From positions 218,860,001 through 218,924,000 of the forward strand of contig OZ024742.1 in the NCBI GenBank assembly GCA_964016885.1: a DNA stretch of 64,000 nt, in the 5' to 3' direction. The notes beneath the pieces were generated by a model. That model did no database searches, was not told the origin of the DNA, and saw nothing but the letters and a program-made list of their open reading frames with translations. Positions 46,756-61,127 of this stretch are shown piece after piece. How positions within the stretch are numbered: the first letter of the stretch is position 1; each line of letters opens with the position of its first letter. The DNA comes from Eledone cirrhosa. Its lineage: Eukaryota. Made by a program: the position numbers and the translations under genes.

Positions 46756-47369
46756 TTATATATGAGAGTATTGAAGTTTGCTTGAAGCATTATGGAACAA
46801 TAAGTAAATATCTTTAAGTCGTTTGGAAGCCTCGACAATGCAAATGGGTAAATCTCCGGGTAACAAGGTCCGGTGGTGGAGAGAGAGAGATGTAAGTGGT
46901 GTACGTTGAGATGCGTGGTGTGTATAACATGTGTGAGATGTGTAGAATGAAGGGAAGAGTATAAAGGATAAAAATAAAAATAAAAATAAAAATTAAAATA
47001 TTATATATATTTTTTGTTTGAGCGAGAGATTCCCAGTCTCCATGAAGACATCTCTTTAGGAGGTCACTCTGATAAAAAAAAAACCTACGACTTCGTTTGC
47101 ATCCAATGATGTAGACCAGTTCTTCTTTTTGGTCAAATGCATTCAATGTTCAGAGAGAGGGATTGGACCTGTGCAAAACCTTTCCTCACTTAAAATGCTT
47201 CAAGCACAGGCATCGCTTGATATGTGACATTTTTTGCGATGCATCGTATGGTTCGCCATGCCAAGTATCTGGTATGACTAGAAAGCCACGTCTGTGATGC
47301 TCATGCGTAAGTATCAAGCAATGACATTACTCGAAATCGAGTTGCAGCAATCATATATATATATATATA

Positions 47370-47587
47370 AAGGAACGATCAACTTTCGTCAAATCGGACC
47401 GAGGGAACAATGTTTCCGTTGGTCTTTCCAATTGCTAATACTATCTATCGGTCGCAACTCCAGGTAGAAGGAGCAACGTGAAATAAAGTGTCTTGCTCAA
47501 GGACATAACGCATCGCCTGGTCCAGGAATCGAACTCACAACCTTACGATTGCGAATCCAATTCTCTAACCACTCAGCCACACGCCTT
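47370..47587 (-). mobile_element. tRNA-derived SINE (family B)
   Basis: Reverse complement of 50907-51125; A-box tggctgagtgg, B-box gttcgattc. Confidence 0.88.
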
Positions 47588-47600
47588 CACAAAATGATTT

Positions 47601-47673
47601 AGGTTCCAGCGAGTTTCGAACTCACGACCTTCTGCGTGTTAAGCAGATGTGATAACCACTACACCATGGAACC
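47601..47673 (-). tRNA. tRNA-Val (anticodon AAC), gene or recent pseudogene
   Basis: GGTTCCA/TGGAACC acceptor stem, TCTGC-TTAACAC-GCAGA anticodon arm, GTGAG-TTCGAAA-CTCGC T arm, TTTT 7 nt downstream. Confidence 0.8.
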
Positions 47674-47689
47674 ACATATACATACATAT

Positions 47690-47796
<107 letters not shown>

Positions 47797-48593
47797 TAAA
47801 ACAAAAGTAACGAAGATCACTGGTATAAATAGAGCGCCCCCGGCCATCTCACTCAATGAATTTGGTGAATTGCAGTAATGCAGCTGCAATCAACTGTTCA
47901 TATTGCACACCTGCAGACAGCTGGCTGTGTTTAGTTAGAGATAAATGTAAATATCGCATTTCCTGGACGATCGTTTCTGTGTAATATAACTTTACCAATG
48001 CAGATATTACTCCTGCAATGTTCAGAAAATCACGCTTAATCAGTGGATAAAGAGCTCCTTAACCAAATACGTCACAGCCATAGCTATTCCATTCTTTTTG
48101 TATATCTTGGACTACATAGGCAAATGTGAACACCCGTTGTTAAGATAGTGAAGTGAGATTTAAGAGAGATCTGTTTGTTATTTTTAACAATTTGAGCTAC
48201 CACCTAGAGGCTCCTTTTTTAGTCCAAAGAGCTAAAATGTGGTATTTCTCAACAAAGCAAGTAGACATTACTTCATTCCGTTTTCTTGCATATTCCATTT
48301 TAAAGTGTTTCAAACATTTGTATTTCTATCTCCGTAGATGACCAAAGAACAAGCTGGGTACTTTTCCTTCGATTCTGAAGGTGGACATGTGATTGACCAA
48401 CCATTTATATTCTAAACAAATGGGATGTTGACTTAGCTCTATATACATTTTTCTTTATGTGCCTACACGCGCACAAACACACTCACATTCACACAAAATT
48501 CTAAATGTTTTTGTTTTTTTTTAACTAGACACTTTTACGTTCTTACAGGCAACAAACCACCTTGGAGAAAGATGAAAGAAATATAGAGAAGGC

Positions 48594-48666
<73 letters not shown>

Positions 48667-48979
48667 TGTGGGAGACAAAAATAGAGGAGGAGGCTGAGAC
48701 AAGAAAAGAAAGAAGGGATGAGAGAGGAAAGGGAGATATACAGGGAGACTAAAAGAGACTAAAACGCATTGTAGGGTCATTTTAAAGAAAATATAATTGG
48801 CACACATCTAAAAATGTGGAGAATCTGTGCGTGTATATGAGCATATGGATGTATGAGTGTATATGTGTGAGAATATGTACATATGTATATTTGTATGTAA
48901 GTGAGTTTGAATATACATGCATACACACACAAACTCATTCACACGCACACACACACACACATATATCAGTGATTGTGTG

Positions 48980-49023
<44 letters not shown>

Positions 49024-49048
49024 TGCGTGTTGTCCATTCATGCATACA

Positions 49049-49079
<31 letters not shown>

Positions 49080-49091
49080 CATTATACATAC

Positions 49092-49185
<94 letters not shown>

Positions 49186-50158
49186 ATGTATATATACGTG
49201 TATATAAATATGCGTGTGTGTATGCACGTTTGTGCCTTTCATTATGCGTGTGCGTGTGTTTGCTTGTGCGGTGGCATGTGAAGAAATATAACACTGCGAT
49301 GATGAACCGCACTTTTGTAGAGAGACCAGATTAAAAAATATATGGCTGCTATCACTGAAGTAAACCATTGTATAGGAAGAGAAAATCATAGATAGATAGA
49401 GAAAGTGAGAGAGTGAGAGAGAGATAGAGAGAGAAAGAGAGAGGGAGAGAGAGGTGGGGGAACTGTAAGGAAGAGAAGGAGAAGTACATCAGATACAATA
49501 CGTACTATTCCACTAGCCTGAAAAGAATATTATCATCTATTATTAGACCACCGCTATGTGTTTGGTTTTTTTTAGCTATTTAGTGAGATCTAACCACCAC
49601 GGGTGAGACCATACCGGAGCACCGCATGCGTGTGTGTTTGTATATAAATAGCTGTAAGGTTACACAATTCCTTTCGTCACCACATGATTCCAGGTTCGAT
49701 CCTACTTCTCGATCATTTACAGAAGTATACTTTACTATATATATAGCCTCGGGTTCAACAATATCTCGTGAGTGGAAACTCGTACACGGAAGCTGTACAG
49801 GGGCACGCTGTATATATATATATATATGTATATGATGTCTCTGAGTATTTTAAAAACTCAAATTACGATAATTTCAGGGTCGGTGAAGTTATATAGATAT
49901 CCTCGAGTGAGGGGCGGGGGGGGGGGGGGTGTTATGATCAAAGTTGCTAGTGGTTAGTGGAGTTCAGAGAGCACTAGAGGAAGCACATATATTTGGAAGT
50001 GTCGGGGTGGTAGATTTTAAGCCAGTTTCTAAGAGAGGTGAATGTTAAAGCGGGTGGAATATACGTATAAGCAAACATTTTCCGGAGAGAAGCTTGAAGA
50101 AGTTTAGTCTGGACAGCAGATGCAGACTATAGATAGGCTTTGAAGCATCTTTACATGT

Positions 50159-50507
50159 AATTGTTTCTACTTTAGGCACAAGGCGAGCAAAATAACCAGT
50201 GCATTACTGGTACTTTATTTTATCGACCCCGTAAGGATGAAAGGCAAAGTTAACCTCGGCGGGATTTGAAATGTAATTGTTTCTACTTTAGGCACAAGGC
50301 CAGCAAATTACCCAGTGCATTACTGGTACTTTATTTTATCGACCCCGTAAGGATGAAAGGCAAAGTCAACCTCGGCGGGATTTGAAATGTAATTGTTTCT
50401 ACTTTAGGCACAAGGCCAGCAAATTATCCAGTGCATTACTGGTACTTTATTTTATCGACCCCGTAAGGATGAAAGGCAAAGTCAACCTCGGCGGGATTTG
50501 AAATGTA
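50159..50507 (-). repeat. Three tandem ~117-bp partial copies of SINE family A
   Basis: Unit aattgtttctac...gggatttgaaatgt repeated three times. Confidence 0.9.
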
Positions 50508-50786
50508 ATGACAGTGAAATATATTTGACTACAGAAACATGTAAATACCTAACTTTACCGAAATTATCTGACATGATATTAAACGAGTGAAGCAGTTCTA
50601 GTGGTTCTATATGAAATAAATATGTACATTCTAATATATTGAGTACTTGATTTAACTGCTGTGCCCTTTCGTTCCTCTTCGAAAAAAACATTCTGATCGC
50701 TAAGGAAGTTATGACATGTTCACAGTTTCAATATTCACAACGATACTGCGTATGTTTAGTATACGTAAACACATTGACTCTATTAT

Positions 50787-50892
<106 letters not shown>

Positions 50893-50906
50893 GTAGTATA
50901 TATATA

Positions 50907-51125
50907 GGCGTGTAACTGAGTGGTTAGAGAATTGGATTCACAATCTTGAGGTTGTGAGTTCGATTCATAGACCGGGCGATGCGTTATGTCCTTGAGCAAG
51001 GCACTTTATTTCACGTTGCTCCTTCTACCTGGAGTTGCGACCGATAGATAGTATTAGCAACTGGAAAGACCAACGGAAACATTGTTTCCTCGGTCCGATT
51101 TGACGAAAGTCGATCGTTCCTTGAT
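50907..51125 (+). mobile_element. tRNA-derived SINE (family B)
   Basis: Matches 47370-47587. Confidence 0.88.
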
Positions 51126-51185
51126 ATATATAGTTCAAGAATAAACAAGCCAAGCACAGGGATACAAAACACAAAGGTCCACACT

Positions 51186-51261
<76 letters not shown>

Positions 51262-51509
51262 GGGTTCAATCGGGGATAACCACTGTAAGTAAGGTACTCA
51301 ATACATTAGTAGAGTGTAAACAACTAATTAAATATAGAAATGGATTCTACAGGACTAGAACTGTTTCATTGGGAGGAAATCAACAGGAAAGTCGTGAAGA
51401 TTTCCTCTGAATGAACAGTTCTAGTCCTGTAGAAGCCATTTCAATATTAAATATTTATACTCTGTTATGTATTGAGTACCTTACTTACTGTGGTTACCCC
51501 CGATATCCC

Positions 51510-51562
<53 letters not shown>

Positions 51563-51625
51563 GTGTGTGTGGATCATTGTGTTTTGTATCCCTGTGCTTG
51601 GCTTGTTTATTCTTGAACTATATAT
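51125..51625. repeat. Old imperfect ~500-bp palindrome with mirrored (TG)n/(CA)n and a decayed hammerhead-like apex
   Basis: Arms mirror around ~51390; gaaacagttctagtc on the minus arm. Confidence 0.75.
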
Positions 51626-51646
51626 ATATATATACATATATATACA

Positions 51647-51680
<34 letters not shown>

Positions 51681-51835
51681 TGACGTATAGAGTTACGGCC
51701 CTTGCCATTCTGAGTTCAAATCCCGCCCAGGTTAACTTTGCCTTTCATCCTTACGGGGTCGATAAAATAAAGTACCAGTAATGCACTGGGTAATTGCTGG
51801 CCTTGTGCCTAACGTAGAAACAATTATTATTATTA

Positions 51836-54800
51836 TATCTCGTCAGCGAGACCAGTTTTTCCGACACGCGTGCACTAGCCCCCATTTTCGACGACTATCA
51901 GATCTTCGCATCTGTTAGCAGGCCGGGAATGGGAGGCGGGTGGCAGTGCTGTTTAGGAAAGGCCTGGATCTCGAGATAAGGTCGATCTTACGGGACCCGG
52001 ACGGTAAGTTGGTGGTCTTGGATGTGAGAAGTAGCGAAGGTGGTGCCTTTAGACTGCTGCCTACAGGGGCCGGACGACCGGACTTTTTTAGGCGCCTGGA
52101 GACCTTTCTGGGTACGTCTCGCCCTTTACTGCTAGCGGGGGACTGGAACGGCATCTTAGACGCACGTTGGGATTGTGTGGGAGTAGCTGATAGGACGGGG
52201 GGTGCAAAAGCCTCAAGCACCTAATCAGCCAGTTCCAACTGTCTGACAGGTATCGACTAGATTTCCCCAATGCGTCAGTATGGACATGGACCAACCGCAT
52301 GGAGTCATCTAGATCGTATATAGTCCGGATCTTCATTAAGAAAATAGATAGAAATAGTGTAGGCTGCCCACTTTTTAAAACGGTCGCCTATTCAGATCAC
52401 AAATTTGTGATCTGTATGGTCGACCTAGATAAAACGCGTAGGTTGGGACCGGGTTACTGGAAGCTGAACATGTCATTTCCGGCACGTAAGGCTTACAGGA
52501 ACCGAGTCAACAATTTAGTTAAGCAAAAGTTGACAGGGGGGGGGGGTCATCATCAACAGATGGTGGGGGGCTCTCAAAAGAGAGATTAGAGTAACTTCGA
52601 TAGAGTTCAGCAAAGAACTAGCATTAGAGAAAAATAGAAAGTAGGGGGAACTCGTAGATAAGTTAGACGAGGCTATTTGTAGTGGCATTGCAACTGACGT
52701 GCTAGCGGCGAGAATGACATTAGACCATTTCTTCAATGCGAAACACAAAGGCTGCATTGTCAGAGCTAAGGCGCGTGCGCTGAGAAACGAGGGAACCAAA
52801 GCTGTTCGATGGGCCCGCGTGGCGGAGGCGCAGCGTGGTAATAAAGCCACAATTTCGTCTTTGGCGGACCGAGACGGACACGAGATAAGCGATACCAAGC
52901 GGATGTGTGAGGCCTTTCGCCAGCACTTTGCTCGGTTGTTCGGGGAGAGTGGCAAGTCAGAGAGAATAGCGGATTTCAGTCCCTACATTGACGGCTTGCC
53001 GTGCATCTCGACGGTCGACGCTGAGTGCTGCGAAAAGCCGATTACTTCAGCCGAAATTCAGGACGCCTTTGTCGGCTGCATGAGGCGCAAGTCACCCGGT
53101 TTGGATGGCCTGCCCTACGAGCTTTACGTAAATATGCCAGACTTGTTCTCCGATCTCCTCGAAGCACTCTACTGCAGCAGAATGGGAGTATCCCAGTTCT
53201 GTGAGCAGGGGAGTGGTGACGCTGATAAGAAAAGACGAGAACAAGAGGGATACATTAGACAACTTCAGGCCCATAACTATGCTCAACACAGAGTTTAAGA
53301 TTTTGGCCAAGTGTTAGCAAAGAGATTGCGGCTCGTCGACGAGGATTTGGTTGGGGAGGCGCAAACTTGCGCAATCCCAGCCAGGTCCATACACGATGAT
53401 CTCCACCTCATGCGATACACCATAGAGAGGGTAGGGTGTAAACCTGGCTTCGGTGGGGCACTGATCAATTTAGATCATTCGAAAGCATTCGATAGGGTCG
53501 ACCATCGGTATCTGGAGTTTGTCCTCAAAGCGGCTCGCTTCGACCTTGTCTGGATCGCTGCAATGCACAGCGGCACACGCTCGGTGGTCAAGGTTAATAG
53601 CCACCTCTCGGAACCATTTCGGCTCTCCCGATCGGTCCGTCAAGAGTGCCCTCTCTCTTCCCTTCTTTACGTATTTACTACGGAAGCTGGAGCTGTTGCA
53701 GGGCATCCCGCTCGAACCGGGACGTGGAAAGGCGGTGTCGGCTTAGGCGGACGACATCACCGTAATGATGTCGGACACCTCAGAAATCGAGGTGGTCGGC
53801 ACCTTATTGAAGGAATATGAAAAGTTGACAGGAGTCAAACTTAACCCGGAAAAGTCGGTGGGCTTGCAGCTCGGAACCTGGAGAGGCAAGCCTATGCTGT
53901 CCAACAGCGTCGTGGGGCGCTGGACGGACGGACCGGTAAAGTTGCTCGGGATTTGGTTCGGACCAGACCTCCAGGTGGAAAAGAATTGGGACGAGGTAAC
54001 GAGCAGAGTAGCCAGTCTCACCCAAAAATGGGCTGGGAGGAAGCTATCACTGAAAGGTCGTGTGGAGTTGGCGAATGCGTACATCGCGTCCGTCATCTAC
54101 TACCGCTGACCGTCGTGCCTTGCCCCCGTCCGCGCCTCGTCAAGTTGGAACGGCTCCTCTTCAAATTCTTGTGGAGGGAACAAGTTCCGTTGGTGAGGCA
54201 GTCCATCTTCTGCCAGCACCCTCTACGCGGAGGGCTGGGCATGCCGTGGCTAATGATGCGCAGGCATGCGTTGAGGCTGCGACATCTCCAGATATTCTGC
54301 CTAAACGGTGAACAGGTGTGGTCGCCGTTTATCAGACGGGCCTTTCCGCAGCTCGTCTCTTTGACTGAGCTGCAGTCCTGGGTCAAGAAGAGACCGAGAC
54401 TGGGTGACTGGCACCTGGAATGTTGCCAGGCATTCACTGCCCCCTACCAAGCGGGCAATGCGATCAGTGGAACTTCCACTCTCGAGTTCTACAGCGGATT
54501 AATGGTAGGCAAGTGCGATGACGCATTCGGAGAAGCTTTGGGACTCGACGAAGTCGAACTGACCAGTCTGTACCGGAGGACTTTCGAGCCGGAGACGATG
54601 GACAATTTCCAGAAATCCCTCGCTTGGCAGTGCTATCGGGGGGCACCGCCGGTTCGGGATAAACTCTAGAGGCGCGGAGGTGCTCTCAGACGGACCTGCC
54701 CAAGATGCGCTCAGAACGACGAAACCGTTCTGCACGCACTTGTCCAATGTCCGTGCATTACTGACTTGTGGAGTTATGTCGAACAGCTACTGTCGCGTGT

Positions 54801-55389
54801 GGAATGAATCCGGCTATCGGCCGAGTCCATAGTGAAGATCGACCCGCCGCCTTCCTTAGTTCAGGAAGAGCAGGAAATTTTCCTCTGTCTGGTGGCAGTT
54901 GGGAAAGCGGTTATATGGTGGACCAGATTAAAAGGACTGAAGACAGATACTTTTCTCTTCGGCCAATCCCTCATCAACTTCGTCAAGTTTCACCTGGAAA
55001 AGAAGGTGAGGGTGGAGAGAGAAGTGCTGCCCCCCAGTACATTTGCTAAAAGGTGGATGAATGTGGCGAGAATGGCGCGTGTGAATGGGCCTACTCTGAC
55101 CATGCGCCTATAGGCTAGCTAACTTGAGGAGAGGGGTGCTTTCCCTGGGTGCCCAAGAAGCGCAGGGTGATTCAGGATTGGTGGGGACCTGAGTCACCCC
55201 AGGGTCGCCCACCCCCTATCGGGGAATTTATTTTGTTATATTTATGCATAGTTTATTTTATATTTTTTATATCTTCATTATTAAATTAGTCTTGCCATTG
55301 TGCACTTTAACTCGACCTTATTGTAAACCCCCACTGTCCCTGTCTTTGTATTATCCCCTACATGTCGGCCCTTGTGGCTAATAAATGAA

Positions 55390-55390
<1 letters not shown>
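51836..55390 (+). mobile_element. 5'-truncated Tx1-like LINE (copy 3), ORF2 disrupted
   Basis: APE and RT fragments homologous to copies 1 and 4; AATAAA then (TTA)n; short (TTA)n on 5' side. Confidence 0.9.
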
Positions 55391-55455
<65 letters not shown>

Positions 55456-55456
55456 G

Positions 55457-58400
55457 GCGACCTACGTAGGAAATCGTATTATCGTGAGCTCCGCAAAGGT
55501 TTGTTGTTTTCAGTTGTTTAAAATTGCCATTTATGGAAAAATTTTATTGTTAACTGTATATAAGTGCACATACATTGTTTTCTGAAAAGGACACTCAAAA
55601 AGATTGTGGCCTTGAGCCCAAAATTTAAACTTTTATAATTATCAAACAAAAAATTTCTTTGAAAAAATCATGGACGACTCACAGCTACACCAAGCAGCTG
55701 AGAGCCTTCCTCACAAACTAACACCTCACACCAACACCACCATTGTAAATATTACTACGTCTGCCAACACTAAAAATATAAGCAGTAGCAATAATTTAAA
55801 TTTGTCTCATGCAGACATTCATTTCCCGCCATTACCAATGACTGCAGGTGTTGAAACCGCCACCCCCACCACCACCTCAGCGACAACAGAAACAAAAGAA
55901 AAAATAAATTATCTCGTGACATCGAAATGGATTCATCCAGAATCGACTCTTCCACACCGAACACCACTGACGCCACCACCACCACAACTGAAACTAAAAA
56001 TAACAATAACAAAAATAACAATAACAACAACAGCAACAACAACAATGAGAATAACAACACCGTGTCATTTGCCAAAGCAGCTAAAAAATGCGAAACAATC
56101 CAGGTAACTCAGGAGGAATTAGATGAAACCAAGAGAATGGTAAAGAAAGATGGGTACAGGGTCAGCCTCCCTCCCCCACCTAATAAAATGGAGCATCGGC
56201 GCCTATTCACCGTGTCTTATCGAACGATTAACATAAAATCGCGCCGAGTGGAACGGGCATCCGAGTCCCAAATACAAAAAGCTTTGGGACATGTGTGGGC
56301 AAAAAAACCCTACATCAGACGTGGGCAGAAATATGGAATCGTGAACGTCTTCTTTGGAACACCACAGGAAGCCAGGGAGCACTCCATGGCCCCATTAAGA
56401 AGCGACGACTTCACATTCGTCCCAAGCTATTGTGGCCAGAGACTCGTAAAGATCAGGGTGACCCACGTTCCACCGGCCATCGAAATTGCCTGGCTAATAG
56501 CTGCCGTCCTCGCCGGCATCGAGGCCAACACCAAAATAATCGAAATAGCAAAAGAAAAGCAGGAGAACTGGTCCGGATCTGGGATGGAGCTCCTGATCCA
56601 TGCGGACCAAAACAGCATTGAGGAGATCCCAGAGGTAATAGCCCTCACTGACGGCAGCCACCTCACCGTAATCGTCGAGGGTAGAAGGCCTAGGTGTGTC
56701 GTTTGTGGTGAAGGAACCCACCTAAGGGCTTTCTGCCCTCAGGCTAAAAAGTTGAGGCCACCTCTCTTACCCACCCCAGTGACTCAACCATCAACACCAC
56801 CAGCAGCAGAAATGGCAGCAACAACTGTAGCAGCAAAAACAGAAGCAACTGTAGTAGCAACAACCCCAGCAACAGTAGCAAAACCAACACCACCACCACC
56901 CAACGCGCCAGAACTAGCACCAGCGCCTACACCATCCACCACGCCACAACCAAAAACCAACGCCTGTGGAGGAATTTCCACTCTCCGACCTATCGCAACT
57001 GGAGACAGATTGTGACGACGAGGAGTGGGAAACGGTATCAGGTAAAAAGAAAAAAAAAAGAAGCCAAAAAAGAAAAAATCCTCTTCCTTCCCCCTCCAAA
57101 AACAAAATACAGAGGGAAACAAACAACTATCAAACAAAAAAGTTAGGACAGCTATGCCACCATCCACACCAGCATCACCAACCCCATCACCACAAACACC
57201 AACACCATCACCATCATTAACCCCAACACCACCATCACCAACACCACAAAAGTCACCAAAAAGCGAAACAAACAAACCCACAACAAATGCAAACAAAACA
57301 ACCAAAACGACACACACTACACAGCATTAAATTTAAACAACAACCAATTACTACACTACATCCAACACAACACCAGCATCACAGAAAAAGACTACACAAC
57401 ACCCCAAAAGTTCACACCACCTCCACATAAACAAATCACTCGCATCACACAGAAAACATACACGACACTAAAACAAAAATTCCCCAAAGACATCGGAGAC
57501 CTCCGACAAGCACGCTCCAGAGGGGTTTATAAGGATATCCTTCCGGAGGAGGCCACAAGCAGTGAAAAGGATGGAAAAACCATCCTTCCTCTACGAGAAG
57601 TAAGGTAAGTGGTCTTTCCCATCTTTTCCACTCCATTTCAACATGACCTCACTCAGAATAGGCAGCATAAATGCGCGTGGGTTGGGGTCGTCATGGAAGC
57701 AGGGACACCTGCTTAACGACCTCAGGTCACTAAACATAGATGTAGTGGCCATCCTGCGAGACCAGAATCTCCGAAGCACGGGCCTTCGCACCGATCTTCG
57801 GCGGCTACGATGTGTACGCATCCCCCAGCCGTCCTGGATCGGGGGGAGGAGTTGCTGTGCCTTTTCGGAGAGTTTTGGATCTCGACATACGCGCCATCTT
57901 CCTGGACCCAGAAGGTAAGTTGGTGGTGCTGGACGTGACCAACGGATACGGGCAAGCTTTCAGGCTAGTGTCCGTCTATGCCCCGACAGGAGCAGGGCGG
58001 CCTGATTTCTTCCGGCGTCTGGAGACCTTTCTTGGAACGTCCCGCTCTTTAGTGTTAGTGGGCGACTGGAACGGGATCTTAGATGTACGCTGAGACTGTG
58101 TGGGATTAGCGGATAGGGAAGGAGGCTGCAAGAGCCTCACCAACCTGCTCAGGCGTTTTGAACTGTCTGACAGGTACTGATTGGATTTCCCGAATGTGCC
58201 AATGTGGACTTGGACAAACCCTCATCGGGTCATCCAGATCATATCTAGATAGAGTATTTTGTAGGGAAATAGATAGGTCTAGCATAGGCTGTCCACAATT
58301 CAAGATAGTCAGCTACACGGACCACAAATTCGTGATCTGTGTGCTTGACTTAGATAGGCTTCATAGACGAGGACCCGGCTACTGGAAGCTAAACGCGTCC

Positions 58401-61071
58401 TTATCAGCGGGCAAGGCCTACAGAGACCGGATTAGCGAACTAGTTAAGCGGGCGTTGACGAGGGCCATCGTCAACAACAAGTGGTGGTTTGCTCTGAAAA
58501 GAGCGATTAGAATAGAGTCCATTAGGTTTAGTAAGGCTTTAGCTATAGAGAAAAATAGAGCAGAGGGAGAACTAGTTAGAAAATTAGACGAAGCGCTTAG
58601 CAAAGGCATCGCGACCGACGTACCTGAGGCGAAATTGGCCCTTGACCAATTCTTCAATGTAAAGCACGAAGGCTGCGTTGTCAGAGCTAGCGTGCGTGCT
58701 CTCAGACACGAGGGGGGCGAAAGCCGTTCAATGGGCCCGAATGGCGGAGTGTTGCAAAAAGCCGATAACAGCCGCTGAAATACGGGAGGCAATGACTGGC
58801 TGCACAAGGGGTAAATCGCCTGGTTTGGATGGTCTGCCCTATGAACTTTACGTACAGATGCCAGACTTGTTGAAGAATTCCCAGCTCTGTGAGCCGAGAA
58901 GCGGTGGCGCTGCTGAGAAAGGATCCGAACAAGGGGGGTAACATAGATAATTTCAGGCCCATAACTCTGCTAAACACCGAGTTCAAGATTTTGGCCAAGG
59001 TGCTAGCAAAGAGGTTGGCGCTTGTCGTTGGTGGTATGGTGGGAGAGGCGCAGACATGCGCCATTGCCGACAGATCCATCCACGACAACCTCCACCTCAT
59101 GCGATACATCGTGGAGAGGGTAGCTAGGGAACCTGGCACGGGTGGGTCCTTGATCAATTTAGATCAGTCGAAAGCTTTCGATAGGGTCGACCATCGTTAC
59201 CTAGCGGCAGTCCTGAGGGCTGCTGGCTTTGGGCCCGTCTTCAGAGGCTGGATCGCTGCCATGCACAGCGACATCTGCTCTGTGGTGAGAGTGAACGGTC
59301 ACTTTTCGGAACCGTTCAACATCATGCGCTCGGTCCGCCAAGGATGTCCCCTCTCGTCCCTCTTGTATGTATTGACTCTCGTGCCATTACTGCACACACT
59401 GGAGACGTTGAGAGGGACCCCGCGCGAACTAGGGTGCGGAAGATCCGTGTCAGCATATGCGGATGATGTCACCGTAGTGGTGTCGAACGCCAAACACATC
59501 GAGGCGATCGGCACTACACTAAGAGAATACGAAGCGGTGACAGGAGCAATGAACCACCATGAAAAGTCAGTGGGCCTGCAGCTCGGCACCTGGAGAGACA
59601 GGTCCATGCCGTCCAACAGCGTCGTCGGGCGCTGGTCGGACGGACCGGTTAAATTGCTAGGGGTCTGGTTCGGTCCGGACCTTCAGACGGACAAAAACTG
59701 GGACGAGGTGACGAGCAGGGTGGCTTCTCTCACCCAGAAATGGGCCGAGAGGAAGCTATCCCTGAAAGGTCAGGCGGAGGTGGCTAACGCATACATCGCG
59801 TCCGTCATCTACTACCGCCTGACCGTCGTACCTTGTCCTAAGCCCCGCCTGACTGCGCTGGAGCGTTTACTCTCACGCTTTTTGTGGAAGGGACGCGCTC
59901 CGATGGTCAGGCGGTCCATCTACTGTCAACACCCGCTACGTGGAGGGCTGGGCATGCCGTGGCTGATGATACGCAGACACGCGCTCAGGCTACGACATCT
60001 CCACCTCTTCCTCGACGGTCATCAGGTGTGGTCGCCGTTTGCTAGACGCGTCTTTCCCCAGCTCGTCTCCTTGACGGAGCTGCAGACCTGGGTCAAGCGA
60101 AGATCGAGAGAGGGCGCTTGGAGACTGGAATGTCTTCAGGCGCTCACAGCCCTCGACCAATCGGGCAATGTGATCGGTGGAAACTCCACCTTGGCGTTCT
60201 ATAGAGGATTAGTGGAGGGGAAGAGCGACGACGTACTTGGGGAAACTCTAGGCGTTGACAAAAATCAACTAGCCAATCTCTTTGGAAGAACTTTCGGGCC
60301 GGGGCCTATGGACAACTTCCAGAAATCCCTGGCCTGGCGGTGCTACCGAGGAGCTTTGCCAGTTCGGGATAAACTCTACAGGCATGGAGGTGCCGTCAGC
60401 CGGGCGTGTCCGCGATGCGTGCAGGGCGACGAAACCGTCCTGCACGCACTCGTCCAGTGTCCGAAAATTGCTGACTTGTGGGTTTATGTCGAACACCTGC
60501 TGTCGCGTTTAGGACGGATCCGGCTATCATCTGAGTCCATCGTGAGGATTGCCCCGCCCTCCTCCTTTAGCCGAGAAGGGCAGGCAGTTTTTATCTGTCT
60601 GGTGGCCATGGCGAAAGAGATAGTATGGTGGACACGTTTGAAAGGGCTGAAGACGAGCACTTACCTCTTCGGTGATGCTCTGATTGACTTTTTCAAATTT
60701 CATTTGAAAAGGAAAATCAGAGTAGAGAGGGAAGTGCTCTCTTCCCAGCATTTTGTTGAAAGATGGGTGAAAGAAGCAAGAATGGCCCGAGTGAATGGGC
60801 CTACTCTGAGTATATATCTGTAAATTAAAGGTGGAAAACTGGGAGAGGGCACTTGCCTTGGTGGTCAGGGTCATTGTGGCCTTTTACTGGGCTTTCTCCA
60901 CAAATGTCCCTCCGAAGTCTCCCCCCTATTGGGGAATTTTTCATTGTTATTTTTTGTTACATCCTCTGTTTTTGTTTTTTACACGCAGAAATGCCCATTT
61001 GTACCGTCCTGTATTGTCCTGCACTGTCCTTAATGTCTACTTTATGTAAACCCTTGTGGTTAATAAAGAAA

Positions 61072-61072
<1 letters not shown>
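55457..61072 (+). mobile_element. Full-length Tx1-like LINE (copy 4), frameshifted, within (TTA)n
   Basis: ORF1 ~55670-57608 with VEGRRPRCVVCGEGTHLRAFC knuckle; ORF2 57643-60823 (APE fragments, RT RQGCPLS/YADD, CCHC); (TTA)n on both flanks. Confidence 0.92.

Positions 61073-61127
<55 letters not shown>

Noticed and set aside
48327-48415. Possible host exon (ctccgtag then MTKEQAGYFSFDSEGGHVIDQPFIF*)
   Set aside because: Too short, no recognisable homology or partner exons
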